41,567 nt of DNA from Candidatus Eiseniibacteriota bacterium (GCA_044229145.1 JBGATO010000007.1:1-41567); one strand, 5' to 3'. Shown: positions 9,003-18,280, counted from the first letter of the stretch. Translations and numbers: made by a program. Notes: generated by a model from the letters alone, not told the origin.

Positions 9003-10166
9003 CTACCGTGCCGCGGCGAACGACACTTGCACGCGCCGGCGCGCCGGCGTGGTGTCGATGACACCACCACCGAGCAACACATCGCCGTCGTAGAACACCG
9101 CGCTCTGTCCGGGCGTGATCGCGCGCTGCGGTTCATCGAACTCGAGCTCCACGCGCGTGCCGTCCAGCGCACGCACCGTCGCCGCGGCCGGCTGATGGCG
9201 ATAGCGAATTTGCACCGCGGCGCGCCGCGTCTCCCCCGGCTCTGGCGGCGCGCACTGCCAATTGACGCCCCGCACCTCGCAGCGTGTCTCGAGGAGCTCA
9301 TCTTCGCGTCCGACGATTACCGCATTCCGCGCGGCATCCAGGGCGACGACGTACAGCGGCTCGAGCGAGGCGAGCCCGAGCCCCTTGCGCTGCCCGACCG
9401 TGTAGTGCACGAGGCCGCGATGCGTGCCGACCTGCCGCCCGTCGACATCGAACATCGGCCCCGGCGCCGGCACCAGCGCGCCGGGCGCCAAACCCGCCGC
9501 CTCGGCGCGCGCCTCGAGTTCATCGAGCACGACGTCGCCGTAGTCGCGGCCCTCGACGAAGCAGATGTCCTGCGATTCGACCTGTTCGGCCATCGGCAGC
9601 TTCCAGCGCCGCGCCACCGCGCGCGCGTCGTCCTTGGTCATGCCGCCGACCGGGAACAGGATGCGCGGCAACCGCTCGCGCGTGACGCCCCACAAGAAGT
9701 ATGTCTGATCCTTGCGCCGATCGAGGCTGCGGGCGATCGCCGGATGCCCGTCCGCCCCGGTGACGATGCGCGAGTAATGCCCGGTGGCGATCGCCGTCGC
9801 GCCGAACGCGGCGGCCTGCGCGAACAACGAGCCGAACTTGAGATCGCTGTTGCACGCGGCGCACGGGATCGGCGTCTCACCGCGCACGTACGAATCGGTG
9901 AACGGATCGATGACCGCGGCGCGGAACGCCGCCTTGTCATCGAGCACGACGTGCGGGATGCCGAGCAGCGCGCAGGCGTCGGCGGCCCGGCGCGTCGCCT
10001 CGGCCGAGCAGCAGGCGGTGGCGCGCGCGCCGGTCTCGCCGCTGCAGAACAAGCGCAGGGTGACGCCGATGCAGTCGGCGCCCTGCTCGACGAGCAACGC
10101 GGCAGCGGCGGCGGAGTCCACGCCGCCGCTCATCGCCACGCACACGCGACCGTCGATCTGCTGCAT
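9003..10166 (-). CDS. mnmA: tRNA 2-thiouridine(34) synthase
   Basis: VAMSGGVDS PP-loop, PIPCAACN, ATGHY, KDQTYFL, ESQDICF, YTVGQRKGL, AITPGQSAVFY; GGAGGA RBS before ATG 10166. Confidence 0.95.
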   Translation of the reverse strand: MQQIDGRVCVAMSGGVDSAAAAALLVEQGADCIGVTLRLFCSGETGARATACCSAEATRRAADACALLGIPHVVLDDKAAFRAAVIDPFTDSYVRGETPIPCAACNSDLKFGSLFAQAAAFGATAIATGHYSRIVTGADGHPAIARSLDRRKDQTYFLWGVTRERLPRILFPVGGMTKDDARAVARRWKLPMAEQVESQDICFVEGRDYGDVVLDELEARAEAAGLAPGALVPAPGPMFDVDGRQVGTHRGLVHYTVGQRKGLGLASLEPLYVVALDAARNAVIVGREDELLETRCEVRGVNWQCAPPEPGETRRAAVQIRYRHQPAAATVRALDGTRVELEFDEPQRAITPGQSAVFYDGDVLLGGGVIDTTPARRRVQVSFAAAR

Positions 10167-10260
10167 CGTCCTCCGGGAAATGGCGCGTCCGCCGGCCCGG
10201 GAAGGGACCGGCGGACGCCGTCCTGACATCCGCATCGCCCGCCGCGCAGGCGGCGCGCGG

Positions 10261-10866
10261 CTACTTCTTGATCGTCACCTTCTTGAGCACCGGCGGCGTC
10301 AGCGGCAGCGACATCTCGCCGCCCATCACCGGGTTCGGCTTCACCTTGACCGCGCCGATCTTGAGCAGCACGTCGGTGCCGCCTGTGAGCTTGCCGAATG
10401 CGGTGTACTGCCCGTCGAGCGACTTCTGGGTGCCGAGGCAGATGAAGAACTGCGAGCTGGCGCTGTTCGGGTCCGATGAGCGCGCCATCGACAGGGTGCC
10501 GAGTTCGTGCTTGATGGTCTTGCTGAATTCCGCCGGCACGGTGACGGATCCGTTCCCGCCGGTGCCCCAGGTGTCCGGCGTGCCCTTCTTGGTGTTCGGG
10601 TCGCCGGTCTGCACCATGAAGCCTTTGTAGATGCGGTGGAACTTCACGCCGTCGTAGAAGCCGCTCTTGGCCAGCTTGACGAAGTTGGCGACCGTCTTCG
10701 GCGTCGCGTCGTCGAAGAGTTCCGCGGTCATGGTGCCGAGGCTGGTCTGCAAGATCACCGTGGTGTGGGTGCCCTTGGCGACCACCGGGCGGGAGAGCAC
10801 CGCGGCGAGCGTGGCGACGCTCGCCAGCGCCGCGAGGCCCGCGAAAAGACGCAGAGACGCGTTCAT
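10261..10866 (-). CDS. Exported cyclophilin-type peptidyl-prolyl isomerase
   Basis: TPKTVANF, GFYDGVKFHR, FMVQTGDP, GTLSMAR, SQFFI, LDGQYTAFG; signal peptide; AAGGAGG RBS. Confidence 0.93.
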   Translation of the reverse strand: MNASLRLFAGLAALASVATLAAVLSRPVVAKGTHTTVILQTSLGTMTAELFDDATPKTVANFVKLAKSGFYDGVKFHRIYKGFMVQTGDPNTKKGTPDTWGTGGNGSVTVPAEFSKTIKHELGTLSMARSSDPNSASSQFFICLGTQKSLDGQYTAFGKLTGGTDVLLKIGAVKVKPNPVMGGEMSLPLTPPVLKKVTIKK

Positions 10867-11000
10867 CGATCCTCCTTGCGAATCAATCCGAGGCGCGGGA
10901 CCGGAAGGGGCTTCGGCGCGGTCCGTGACCTTGCGAAGCGTGAAGGCTACCGTACGGCGGCGGGCTCGTCGAGAGCCGAAGCGGCGGGAGGCTGGCGGGG

Positions 11001-11062
11001 AAAACAAGAAGGCTCCGGCGCGCGGCGACGGAGGTTCTAGCCGCTGCGCTCGGAGCCGTTCT
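11001..11062 (-). terminator. Putative terminator of the glycosyltransferase operon
   Basis: Minus strand GGCTCCGAGCGCAGCGGC...GCCGCGCGCCGGAGCC followed by TTCTTGTTTT. Confidence 0.55.
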
Positions 11063-11142
11063 CGGAGTGTCCACCCACTCTGCCCGCGTTCTCATACACG
11101 GCGCAGGAACGATTGTTCCCAGGATTTTGCGTCCGCGCGGAC

Positions 11143-11799
11143 TCAGACGCCGCCGTGCGCACGCAGCCAGGCTTCGACGTGCGGGGCGACGCCCGGCGAG
11201 CCGGCCAGCCGCGCGGCGAGAGCGTAGAGGTCGGCCGGTGTGTCGAGGTCTGGCCATACCGGCAGCTCGGCGATGCCGGAGCCCACCGCGCGCAGCCGCT
11301 CCCGCGTCGCCGCGCCTTCCCCACCGCTGCTCCAGGCGATTCCCGCGAGGAGGTCCAGAGCCGGCGGACGCCGCACCCCGAGGAGATAGAACCCGCCGTC
11401 CGGACAGCCGCCGACCACGGCGTCGTGCTCCTGGAGCGCGGCGAACGCGGCGGCGAGGACGGAGGGCGGAAGGTCGGGGCTATCGGAGCCCAGCACGGCC
11501 GCAGCAGGGGCGCCGTCGGCCAGGGCGCCGGCCAGCGCCGCGCACATGCGGCGGCCGAGATCGCCATCGGCCTGGGCCACGCACGGCACCCCATGCGGCG
11601 CGAACGCCGGCGCCGCGCCTGCGGGAGTGACCGCCAGCCAGACGTCGATCCCGTCGACCGCGGCGGCGGCGCGCAGCGTGTCGGCGACGCAGGCCGCCGC
11701 CAAGTCCGCGGCCGCCTGGGCGCTCAGCGGCGGCACCAACCGCGTCTTCACCGCCCCCGGCGCCGGCTCCTTGGCGAACACCAGCAGACGCGGTCTCAC
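11143..11799 (-). CDS. DUF2064/TIGR04282-family GT-A-like (CofC-like) transferase
   Basis: FAKEPAPGAVKTRL, QADGDLGRRM, GSDSPDL, DGGFYLLG, IAWS, DLDTPADL; GTG start overlaps the upstream TGA (GTGA). Confidence 0.85.
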   Translation of the reverse strand: MRPRLLVFAKEPAPGAVKTRLVPPLSAQAAADLAAACVADTLRAAAAVDGIDVWLAVTPAGAAPAFAPHGVPCVAQADGDLGRRMCAALAGALADGAPAAAVLGSDSPDLPPSVLAAAFAALQEHDAVVGGCPDGGFYLLGVRRPPALDLLAGIAWSSGGEGAATRERLRAVGSGIAELPVWPDLDTPADLYALAARLAGSPGVAPHVEAWLRAHGGV

Positions 11800-12482
11800 C
11801 GCCGCCCGGCCTCCCGCGCGATGGTGCCGAGGATGCCCAGACCCGCCCGCACCGACCCCACCAGCGTGCCGCTGATCTTCGACCTGCCGATCCGCGGCCG
11901 GTAGCTCACCGGAATCTCGACGCACCGGACACCGCGCTTCGCCGCGCGCACCTGCATTTCGACGGTCCAGCCGAAGGTGGGATCGCTGACCGCCAGGCGG
12001 TCGAGCGTGTCGAGGCGGATCGCGCGCAGCGGGCCGAGGTCGCTGAAGCGGACGCCCCACAGCCAGCGGATGAGTGTGGTGGCGAGCGCATTGCCGAGCC
12101 GCGCCTGCGGCGTGAGCGCGCGCGGCGCCGCGCCGCCGCGCGTCCGCGATCCCACGACGAAGTCGGCGCGGCGGTCGGCCAGCGGTGACAACACCCGCGG
12201 GATGTCGGCCGGATCGTCGGCGCCGTCCGCGTCGAGGAACACGACGACCTCCGCCCCCGCGCGCCGCGCCGCCGCGATCCCCGCCAGGCAGGCGCGCCCG
12301 TAGCCGCGCCGCGGCTCGTGCACGACCTCGGCGCCCGCGGCCCGCGCGACCTCGGCCGTGCGGTCCGTCGAGCCATTGTCGACGACCACGACGTGCGCGA
12401 GGAGATCGCGCGGCAGGCCGCGCAGAACGCCGGGCAACGCCGCTTCCTCGTCGAGCGCGGGCAGGACGGCGACCACGATCAC
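11796..12482 (-). CDS. Glycosyltransferase family 2 (polyprenyl-phosphate-sugar synthase-like)
   Basis: PALDEE, VVDNGSTD, RRGYG, FLDAD, SDLGP.RAI, GWTVEMQ, RIGRSK; GTGA overlap with the upstream gene. Confidence 0.88.
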   Translation of the reverse strand: MIVVAVLPALDEEAALPGVLRGLPRDLLAHVVVVDNGSTDRTAEVARAAGAEVVHEPRRGYGRACLAGIAAARRAGAEVVVFLDADGADDPADIPRVLSPLADRRADFVVGSRTRGGAAPRALTPQARLGNALATTLIRWLWGVRFSDLGPLRAIRLDTLDRLAVSDPTFGWTVEMQVRAAKRGVRCVEIPVSYRPRIGRSKISGTLVGSVRAGLGILGTIAREAGRR

Positions 12483-14011
12483 CGCGCGGCTTCCGCCACC
12501 GCCGTGCGGACGGCGCGAGGCGCCTGTGTCACCGCCCGGCGTCGGGCCACGTGCTCGCGCAGGTTCGCCCCGCCCACCCAGGCGAAGCCGGCGGCGAACA
12601 GCGCGAGCACCGGCGCCATCCACCACAGTCCGCGCGTCAGGGCCACGCCGCATGACACCGCCATGTAGGCGGCGAGCACCAACTCGGCCACCATCGTGCG
12701 CGACGGCCGCGGCCGATAGGCGCGCGCCACCGTCGGCGCCAGACCGCGCGCCGGCAGCGCGTACTTCGGCGTGCGCACGAACTCGGACGGTTCGCCGCGC
12801 AGCGCCTCCCACACCGCGAGCGCGTTGTTCACCGTCATCCCGACGCCGAGCGCCATCAGCGCCGGCACCAGCGCGACCCCGCGCCATGCGCGGCGCCCCT
12901 CGAGGTGCGCGGTGGTGGCATAGAACGCCGTCACCGAGGCCGACGAGACGCAGAAGAACGCCGCGAAGAGCGCGAGTTGCTGCGCCCATGTCGAGTGGTG
13001 CGCGGTGAGCGCCAGCGGCAACGCCAGGAACACCGGGACGACCATGAGCACGTAGGCGAGGTTGTTGAGGAGATGGAACGTCGCCTCGACGCGCACCGCG
13101 CGCGGCAGCGGCGCGCGCCACAGCGCCGGCAGCAACTTGCGTCCGGTCTGCACCGACCCTTTCGCCCAGCGGAATTGCTGGGACTGGAACGCCGCCATCT
13201 CGGCCGGCAATTCGCCCGGGCAGACAGCGTCGCGCAGGTAGACGAAGCGCCAGCCGCGCACCTGGGCGCGATACGACAGGTCGAGGTCTTCGGTCAGCGT
13301 GTCGTGTTGCCAGCCGCCGGCGTCGCGGATGGCGGCGGCGCGCCACACGCCGGCCGTGCCGTTGAAGTTGAAGAAGCGGCCACCGCGAAAGCGCGCGGTG
13401 TGTTCGACCAGGAAGTGGCCGTCGAGCAACAGCGCTTGGATGCGGGTGAGCCAGCTGGTCTCGCGATTGATATGGCCCCAGCGCCACTGCACCGCCGCGA
13501 CGTGGGGCACACCGAGGAAGTGTGGGATCGCGCGACGGAGGAAGTCCGGCGGCGGCACGAAGTCGGCGTCAAGAATCGCAATGAACTCGCCGCGCGCGCG
13601 CGCCAAGCCAAATGCCAGCGCGCCGGCCTTGAACCCACGGCGACTACCACGTCGCATGTGCACGATGTCGAGTCCGGCGCGGCGATGCGCGGCGACTCGT
13701 GCGGCGACCACCGCTTGCGTGCGATCGTCGGAATCGTCGAGAACCTGGACTTCGAGGCATTCGCGCGGATAGTCGAGCGCTGCCACGGCGTCCAGCACGC
13801 GCGCGGCGACGTGCACTTCGTCGTACAGCGGCAGTTGCACGGTCACCCGCGGCCACGCGTCGTCCGGCGGCGGTGTCGCGAGCGGCGGCGGCGTGCGGCG
13901 CGTGCGCACCAGCAGCCACAACATCGCATAGCGGTGCAGGCCAAAGGCCGCCAGGCACACGAGCGCCACAGCGTTGAGCAGCCACGGGAGCAGCAGGACG
14001 GCGCCGCTCAT
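12479..14011 (-). CDS. Membrane GT2 glycosyltransferase, cellulose-synthase-like (D,D,D,QxxRW)
   Basis: VTVQLPLYDE, VLDDS, FKAGAL, ILDADF, TLTEDLD, QQFRWAKG; one N-terminal and several C-terminal TM helices. Confidence 0.9.
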   Translation of the reverse strand: MSGAVLLLPWLLNAVALVCLAAFGLHRYAMLWLLVRTRRTPPPLATPPPDDAWPRVTVQLPLYDEVHVAARVLDAVAALDYPRECLEVQVLDDSDDRTQAVVAARVAAHRRAGLDIVHMRRGSRRGFKAGALAFGLARARGEFIAILDADFVPPPDFLRRAIPHFLGVPHVAAVQWRWGHINRETSWLTRIQALLLDGHFLVEHTARFRGGRFFNFNGTAGVWRAAAIRDAGGWQHDTLTEDLDLSYRAQVRGWRFVYLRDAVCPGELPAEMAAFQSQQFRWAKGSVQTGRKLLPALWRAPLPRAVRVEATFHLLNNLAYVLMVVPVFLALPLALTAHHSTWAQQLALFAAFFCVSSASVTAFYATTAHLEGRRAWRGVALVPALMALGVGMTVNNALAVWEALRGEPSEFVRTPKYALPARGLAPTVARAYRPRPSRTMVAELVLAAYMAVSCGVALTRGLWWMAPVLALFAAGFAWVGGANLREHVARRRAVTQAPRAVRTAVAEAAR

Positions 14012-14024
14012 GCGCGGCCTCGCG

Positions 14025-14052
14025 TTGACAGTGCGGTGCCCGCCGGTATGCT
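14025..14052 (+). promoter_or_regulatory. Sigma70-type promoter, probably giving a leaderless mRNA
   Basis: TTGACA (14025-30) - 16 nt - TATGCT (14047-52); GTG start 6 nt later; no SD. Confidence 0.65.
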
Positions 14053-14058
14053 GCGCGC

Positions 14059-15387
14059 GTGTCCTCGTCGAGCCGTCGTCATCTCGGGTCCTTGGTGTGG
14101 CTGGCGCTCGCCGGCCTCGCGCAATGCGCGCTGTGCGCGGGAGCACGCGCAAGTGGCGATGCCGTGACGGCGGGGCCGGCGATGTGGTGGATCTGGGCTG
14201 CCAGCGCGTTGCCGATGGCGGGGGTGGCCGTGCTGGCGCCGCGCGTCGCGCACCCGCGCGCGGCGGCGGTCATCGTGTTGCTCGGCGCGATCGCCATGCG
14301 CGCGCTCCTCCTGCCGTGGCACCCCGCACTGTCTGACGACTACTTCCGCTACCTGTGGGACGGCCGCGTGCTCGCCGCCGGGATGAATCCCTACGGCCGC
14401 GCGCCGCTCGATCCCGCCTTCGCGGCGTTGCGCGACGCGTGGTGGCCGGGCATCAATCACAAGACGATTCCGACCATCTATCCGCCGCTCGCCATCGTCC
14501 TGGCCGCGGGCACGCGCGCGGTGGGCGACGGCGTCCTGCCGCTCAAGGCGGCGCTCATTCTACTCGACCTCGGGGTGGTGGCGACATCGATCCGGCTGCT
14601 CCACCGCCACGGCGGCTCGCCGGCGTGGGCGGCGTTGTATGCGTGGCACCCGTTGCCGCTTGCCGAGGTCGCCGGGGCGGTGCATCTCGAGCCGCTCGCG
14701 GTGTGGCCGACGATGCTGGCCGTGGTGGCACTGACGCCTCCCGTCCGGCGCGGGCTGCGCGCGGGCCTGTGGCTCGGCGTCTCGGCCATCGGCAAGCTCG
14801 GCGGTGTGCTGCTGCTGCCCGCGGTGGCGCGGCGCGCGGGGCGTCCGGCGGTGTGGGCGTGCGTGCTGGTGCTCGCGGCGGCGACGCTGCCGTTCGCCGG
14901 CGCCGGACCGCGGATGGGCGCAGCACTCGTCCGGTACGCCGGCACCTGGGAGTTCAACGGCGCGCTGTTCGACCTCTGCGCGTGGCTGCTGCGCGATCAC
15001 ACGCTGGCGCGCGTGCCGGTGGCGCTCGCACTCGCGGTCGTGCTGTGGCGCAGCGCGCGCAGCGACGCCCCGCTGTCCGAGATCGCATTCGGCGTGTTCA
15101 CCGCGACGTTCCTGCTCGCCCCCACCGTCTATCCGTGGTATCTCCTGTGGCCTCTGCCCTTCGCGGTTGTGACGGTGGCGCGCACGCGCCGGCCGGCCGC
15201 CTGGGCCGTGCTGGTGTGGGGATGGACGGCGATGCTGAGTTATGCGGTGCTCGGAGCCTACCGCGCGCGCGGCGTGTGGCAGCTGCCGCTGTGGGCCGAG
15301 TGCGCCGAGTACGCTCCGGTGGTGCTGCTGCTCGCCGCCGACCGCGGCGTGCGCGCCGCGCTGCGCCCCGCGAGGCGCGCCGCGTGA
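14059..15387 (+). CDS. Polytopic GT-C glycosyltransferase (GT87/DUF2029-like)
   Basis: LSDDYFRYLWDG...GMNPY, TIYPP, YAWHPL...E, WEFNG, PTVYPWY; roughly 10 hydrophobic segments. Confidence 0.82.
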   Translation: MSSSSRRHLGSLVWLALAGLAQCALCAGARASGDAVTAGPAMWWIWAASALPMAGVAVLAPRVAHPRAAAVIVLLGAIAMRALLLPWHPALSDDYFRYLWDGRVLAAGMNPYGRAPLDPAFAALRDAWWPGINHKTIPTIYPPLAIVLAAGTRAVGDGVLPLKAALILLDLGVVATSIRLLHRHGGSPAWAALYAWHPLPLAEVAGAVHLEPLAVWPTMLAVVALTPPVRRGLRAGLWLGVSAIGKLGGVLLLPAVARRAGRPAVWACVLVLAAATLPFAGAGPRMGAALVRYAGTWEFNGALFDLCAWLLRDHTLARVPVALALAVVLWRSARSDAPLSEIAFGVFTATFLLAPTVYPWYLLWPLPFAVVTVARTRRPAAWAVLVWGWTAMLSYAVLGAYRARGVWQLPLWAECAEYAPVVLLLAADRGVRAALRPARRAA

Positions 15388-16370
15388 TGGGCCGGCTCCG
15401 CGAGAGCGCCGTGGCGACGGTGTACGGCGTCATGCGACCGCTGGCGCCGCGCGTGCCGCGCCGCGTGTTCTACGGCGGCGCCACCCTCGTCGGCTGGGCG
15501 AACTACGCGCTGCACGGCGCCCTGCGCGCCGCCGTGCGCGCCAACATGCGCCGCGTCTACTCCGGCTTGCTCTCCGACGCGGCGATCGAACGCGAGGTCC
15601 GCGGCTACTTCGCCGAGCGTGCCAAGTTCGTCTTCGAGTCGCTGTTGGTGCCGCACCTGCACGAGCCGCGCTACGCGTCGTGGTTCGAGATCCGCGGGCG
15701 CGAGATCGTCGAGAGGTTGGTGGCCGAGAAGCGCGGCGTCGTCATTCCGCTGATCCACTACGGACCGTTCACGCTCGCCGGCGCCTTGCTCGCGCACTGG
15801 GGCTTGGCGGTCACCGACATCGCGCAAGGGCTGGACGAGGCGCCGTCCTCGGCGGCGGCGCAGCGCATGAACCGCGATCGCTACGCCAGCTGGCAGGCGA
15901 GCGGCGGCGGCATCGTCGAACGTTCCGGCTTCCTGCGCGGCGCGCTTGCCGCGCTGAAACGCGGCGAAGGGCTCTCGGTTTTCTTCGACGCTCCGCCGAC
16001 CGCGACCTCGGTGATGATCGAGGCGTGGTTCGTCGGCCGCTGGATCACGCTGCATCGCGGGCCGGCGACGGTGGCGCTCAAGACCGGCTCGCCGCTCTTG
16101 CTCATGGCCGCGCATCGCGGCGCCGGCAATCGCATCCACGTCGACATCGAGCGCGTGATCGAGGTGCGCCGCAGCGGCGACAAAGAGGCCGACATCCGCG
16201 CGACGCTGCAGGAGGTGGCCGATTACATGTCGGCGTGGGTGCATCGCCATCCCGCGCAGTGGATCATGTGGAAGGAGTTGCACGAACGCGACCGCCCCGC
16301 GCCGCCCGGCGCCGAGGCCGCGCGCCGGCCCTCCGCCCCCGAGACGACGCTCCCCGCGCGGGACCGCTGA
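15387..16370 (+). CDS. LpxL/HtrB/PatA-like lysophospholipid acyltransferase family protein (paralog 1)
   Basis: TGATG coupling to the GT-C gene; VRANMRRV, IRGRE, HYGPF, LKRGE.L.VFFD, GPA.VALKTG, HPAQW. Confidence 0.8.
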   Translation: MGRLRESAVATVYGVMRPLAPRVPRRVFYGGATLVGWANYALHGALRAAVRANMRRVYSGLLSDAAIEREVRGYFAERAKFVFESLLVPHLHEPRYASWFEIRGREIVERLVAEKRGVVIPLIHYGPFTLAGALLAHWGLAVTDIAQGLDEAPSSAAAQRMNRDRYASWQASGGGIVERSGFLRGALAALKRGEGLSVFFDAPPTATSVMIEAWFVGRWITLHRGPATVALKTGSPLLLMAAHRGAGNRIHVDIERVIEVRRSGDKEADIRATLQEVADYMSAWVHRHPAQWIMWKELHERDRPAPPGAEAARRPSAPETTLPARDR

Positions 16371-16383
16371 GGGCACGCCCGGC

Positions 16384-16412
16384 TTGTCCGGCGACCGCCC
16401 CGCGCCTATAGT
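16384..16412 (+). promoter_or_regulatory. Internal sigma70-type promoter for acyltransferase paralog 2
   Basis: TTGTCC (16384-89) - 17 nt - TATAGT (16407-12). Confidence 0.6.
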
Positions 16413-16467
16413 CGGACCGCGCCGCGCCCCACACGCCGCGGATCCCTGCCGAGCCCCTCACCCCGGG

Positions 16468-17460
16468 ATGGCCATGAAGACGCCCTTGCGCGAAGTCGTC
16501 AAATACTACTCGTACGTCGCCCTGCGGCCGCTCATCCCGCGCATGCCGCGGCGGTTGTTCTATGCCATCGCCACGCTGATGGGCAACATCAACTGCCGCA
16601 TGCACACCGTGCTGCGCGAGGACGTGCGGCGCAACTACGCGCTCATCTTCGGCGCCAGCAAGTCGGAAGCCGAGATCAACCGCCTGGTGTTCGAGCATTT
16701 CGAGCAGCGCGCCAAGTTCGTGTTGGAGACGCTGCTCTACACACAGGCCAATCATCCGCGCATGAACGATTGGTTCGTGCTCGAGGGCAACTGGGAGGAG
16801 TTGCGCGGCGTGACCGCCACCGGCCGCGGCCTGGTGATCCCGCTGCCGCACTTCGGCCCATACTGTCTGGCCGGCGTGAAGATGGCGAACTACGGCGCCA
16901 AGCTCACCGACATCGCGCACGACGTGGCCGGCAGCGAGGACATGTCGAAGTACGCGAAGAAGCTCGACGACGAACGCCACGCGCTCTTCCGGCAGAGCGG
17001 CGGCGAGGTCATCGAACTGTCGCAGTTCCTGCGCGGCGTGATCGAAGCGGTGAAGCGCGGCGAAGGCGTCGCGGTGTTCTTCGACTCGCGGCCCACCGCG
17101 CAGATGACCGAGGGCATGTTCATGGGCAAGCGCTGCCAGCTGCACCGCGGCCCGGTGCAGATCGCCCTCAAGACCGGCGCCGCAATCCTGCTCATGACCG
17201 GCTACCGCGACGAGGACAACCGCATTCACGTCGTCTACGGCGGTATCCTCGAACCGACGCGCACCGGCAACAAGGAAGAGGACATCCGGATCAACACGCA
17301 GCGCATCGTCGAGTATCACGAACAGTACCTGCGCCGGTATCCCGGCCAGTGGATCATGGTCAAGGAGTTCGACGAGAACTTGCTGTTGCCGACACCGGAG
17401 AATCAAGAGGCACTGGCCGCGGTGACGCGGGCAATGCCGGCGGCGGCCGCCGCGCACTAG
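16468..17460 (+). CDS. LpxL/HtrB/PatA-like lysophospholipid acyltransferase family protein (paralog 2)
   Basis: Colinear with paralog 1: RAKFV.E, HFGPY, VKRGE..VFFD, HRGP..ALKTG, RYPGQW. Start is at 16468 or 16474. Confidence 0.8.
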   Translation: MAMKTPLREVVKYYSYVALRPLIPRMPRRLFYAIATLMGNINCRMHTVLREDVRRNYALIFGASKSEAEINRLVFEHFEQRAKFVLETLLYTQANHPRMNDWFVLEGNWEELRGVTATGRGLVIPLPHFGPYCLAGVKMANYGAKLTDIAHDVAGSEDMSKYAKKLDDERHALFRQSGGEVIELSQFLRGVIEAVKRGEGVAVFFDSRPTAQMTEGMFMGKRCQLHRGPVQIALKTGAAILLMTGYRDEDNRIHVVYGGILEPTRTGNKEEDIRINTQRIVEYHEQYLRRYPGQWIMVKEFDENLLLPTPENQEALAAVTRAMPAAAAAH

Positions 17461-17569
17461 CCGCGCCGGCGTCACACGGCACGCATGACGAACGGCGCGG
17501 GAGCTCGAGGCTCCCGCGCCGTCGTCGTTCGCGTCGCACGGCGTCTAGGGCGGCGCCGCGCGTGCGCGC

Positions 17570-18271
17570 CTACTTCCCGCTCAAGAACTGCTGCACGACC
17601 TTGATGTTCTCCCGCGCGCTCTCCGCCGCCGACGAGGTCGGCGCGAGGTCCGCGCACTTCTGCCAGTGCGCGATGGCCTCCTTGTAGATTTGCGCATCGG
17701 CGAACGCGACGCCCCAGTAGTATTCGGCCTGGTAGCACTTGGGGTCGGCGATCAGCGCCTTGCGGTACATGTCGGCGGCTTCGCCGTACTTCTGCTCGCC
17801 ATAGAGCACGTTGCCCATGCTCGCCATCGCCAGCGCGTCGTTCGGACGCAGCGCAAGCGCCTTGGCCAGCGCGTCGGCCGCCTGGTCCGCCTTGCCGAGT
17901 TCGTTGAGCAGGTTGCCCATGTTGACCAGCGCTTCGACGTGCTGCGGCTGGCGCCCCAACACCTTCGTGTACTGCTCGAGCGCTTCCTCCTTGCGGCCCG
18001 CGTCGTACAGCGCGTTGGCGAACCGGAAGCGCGTGGTGACGTTGGTGCTGTCCTTCTTGACGGCGGCGGTCAGGATGGCCACCGAGTCGGCCGGCGGCGC
18101 GGCGGCCGCCGCGAGAGTCTGCGCCGTGGCCAGCGGCGCGATCGCCGCCTGTGCCGTGGTCGTGCCGAGCGCGGCGGCAGCCACCAGGCCGCACGCCCAC
18201 GCGGCGCGGAGGATTCCGGTCACCAGTCCACTCCTTTGTCGTCGAGTCGAGGGGGTTGCGAGCTCACGCAT
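17570..18271 (-). CDS. Exported tetratricopeptide-repeat protein
   Basis: Signal-like N-terminus; 4-5 TPR repeats (ALVNMGNLL..LG...A...LAKALALRP; A.YYWG.A). Confidence 0.85.
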   Translation of the reverse strand: MRELATPSTRRQRSGLVTGILRAAWACGLVAAAALGTTTAQAAIAPLATAQTLAAAAAPPADSVAILTAAVKKDSTNVTTRFRFANALYDAGRKEEALEQYTKVLGRQPQHVEALVNMGNLLNELGKADQAADALAKALALRPNDALAMASMGNVLYGEQKYGEAADMYRKALIADPKCYQAEYYWGVAFADAQIYKEAIAHWQKCADLAPTSSAAESARENIKVVQQFLSGK

Positions 18272-18280
18272 CCGCGGCGC

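Noticed and set aside
10185..10218. Hairpin with GGAA loop resembling SRP RNA (also near 10895-10925)
   Set aside because: Lacks the CAGG/AGCAG internal-loop motif of SRP domain IV; treated as a simple intergenic hairpin.
11143..12482. Arsenosugar or rSAM-selenodomain gene cluster (DUF2064 association)
   Set aside because: No radical SAM, ArsM methyltransferase or selenoprotein gene in the window.
12483..15386. Apparent long overlapping fusion ORFs 11796-13487 and 14355-16370
   Set aside because: Homology starts only at the coupled starts 12482 (GTGA) and 15387 (TGATG); the upstream parts are off-frame readings of neighbouring genes.
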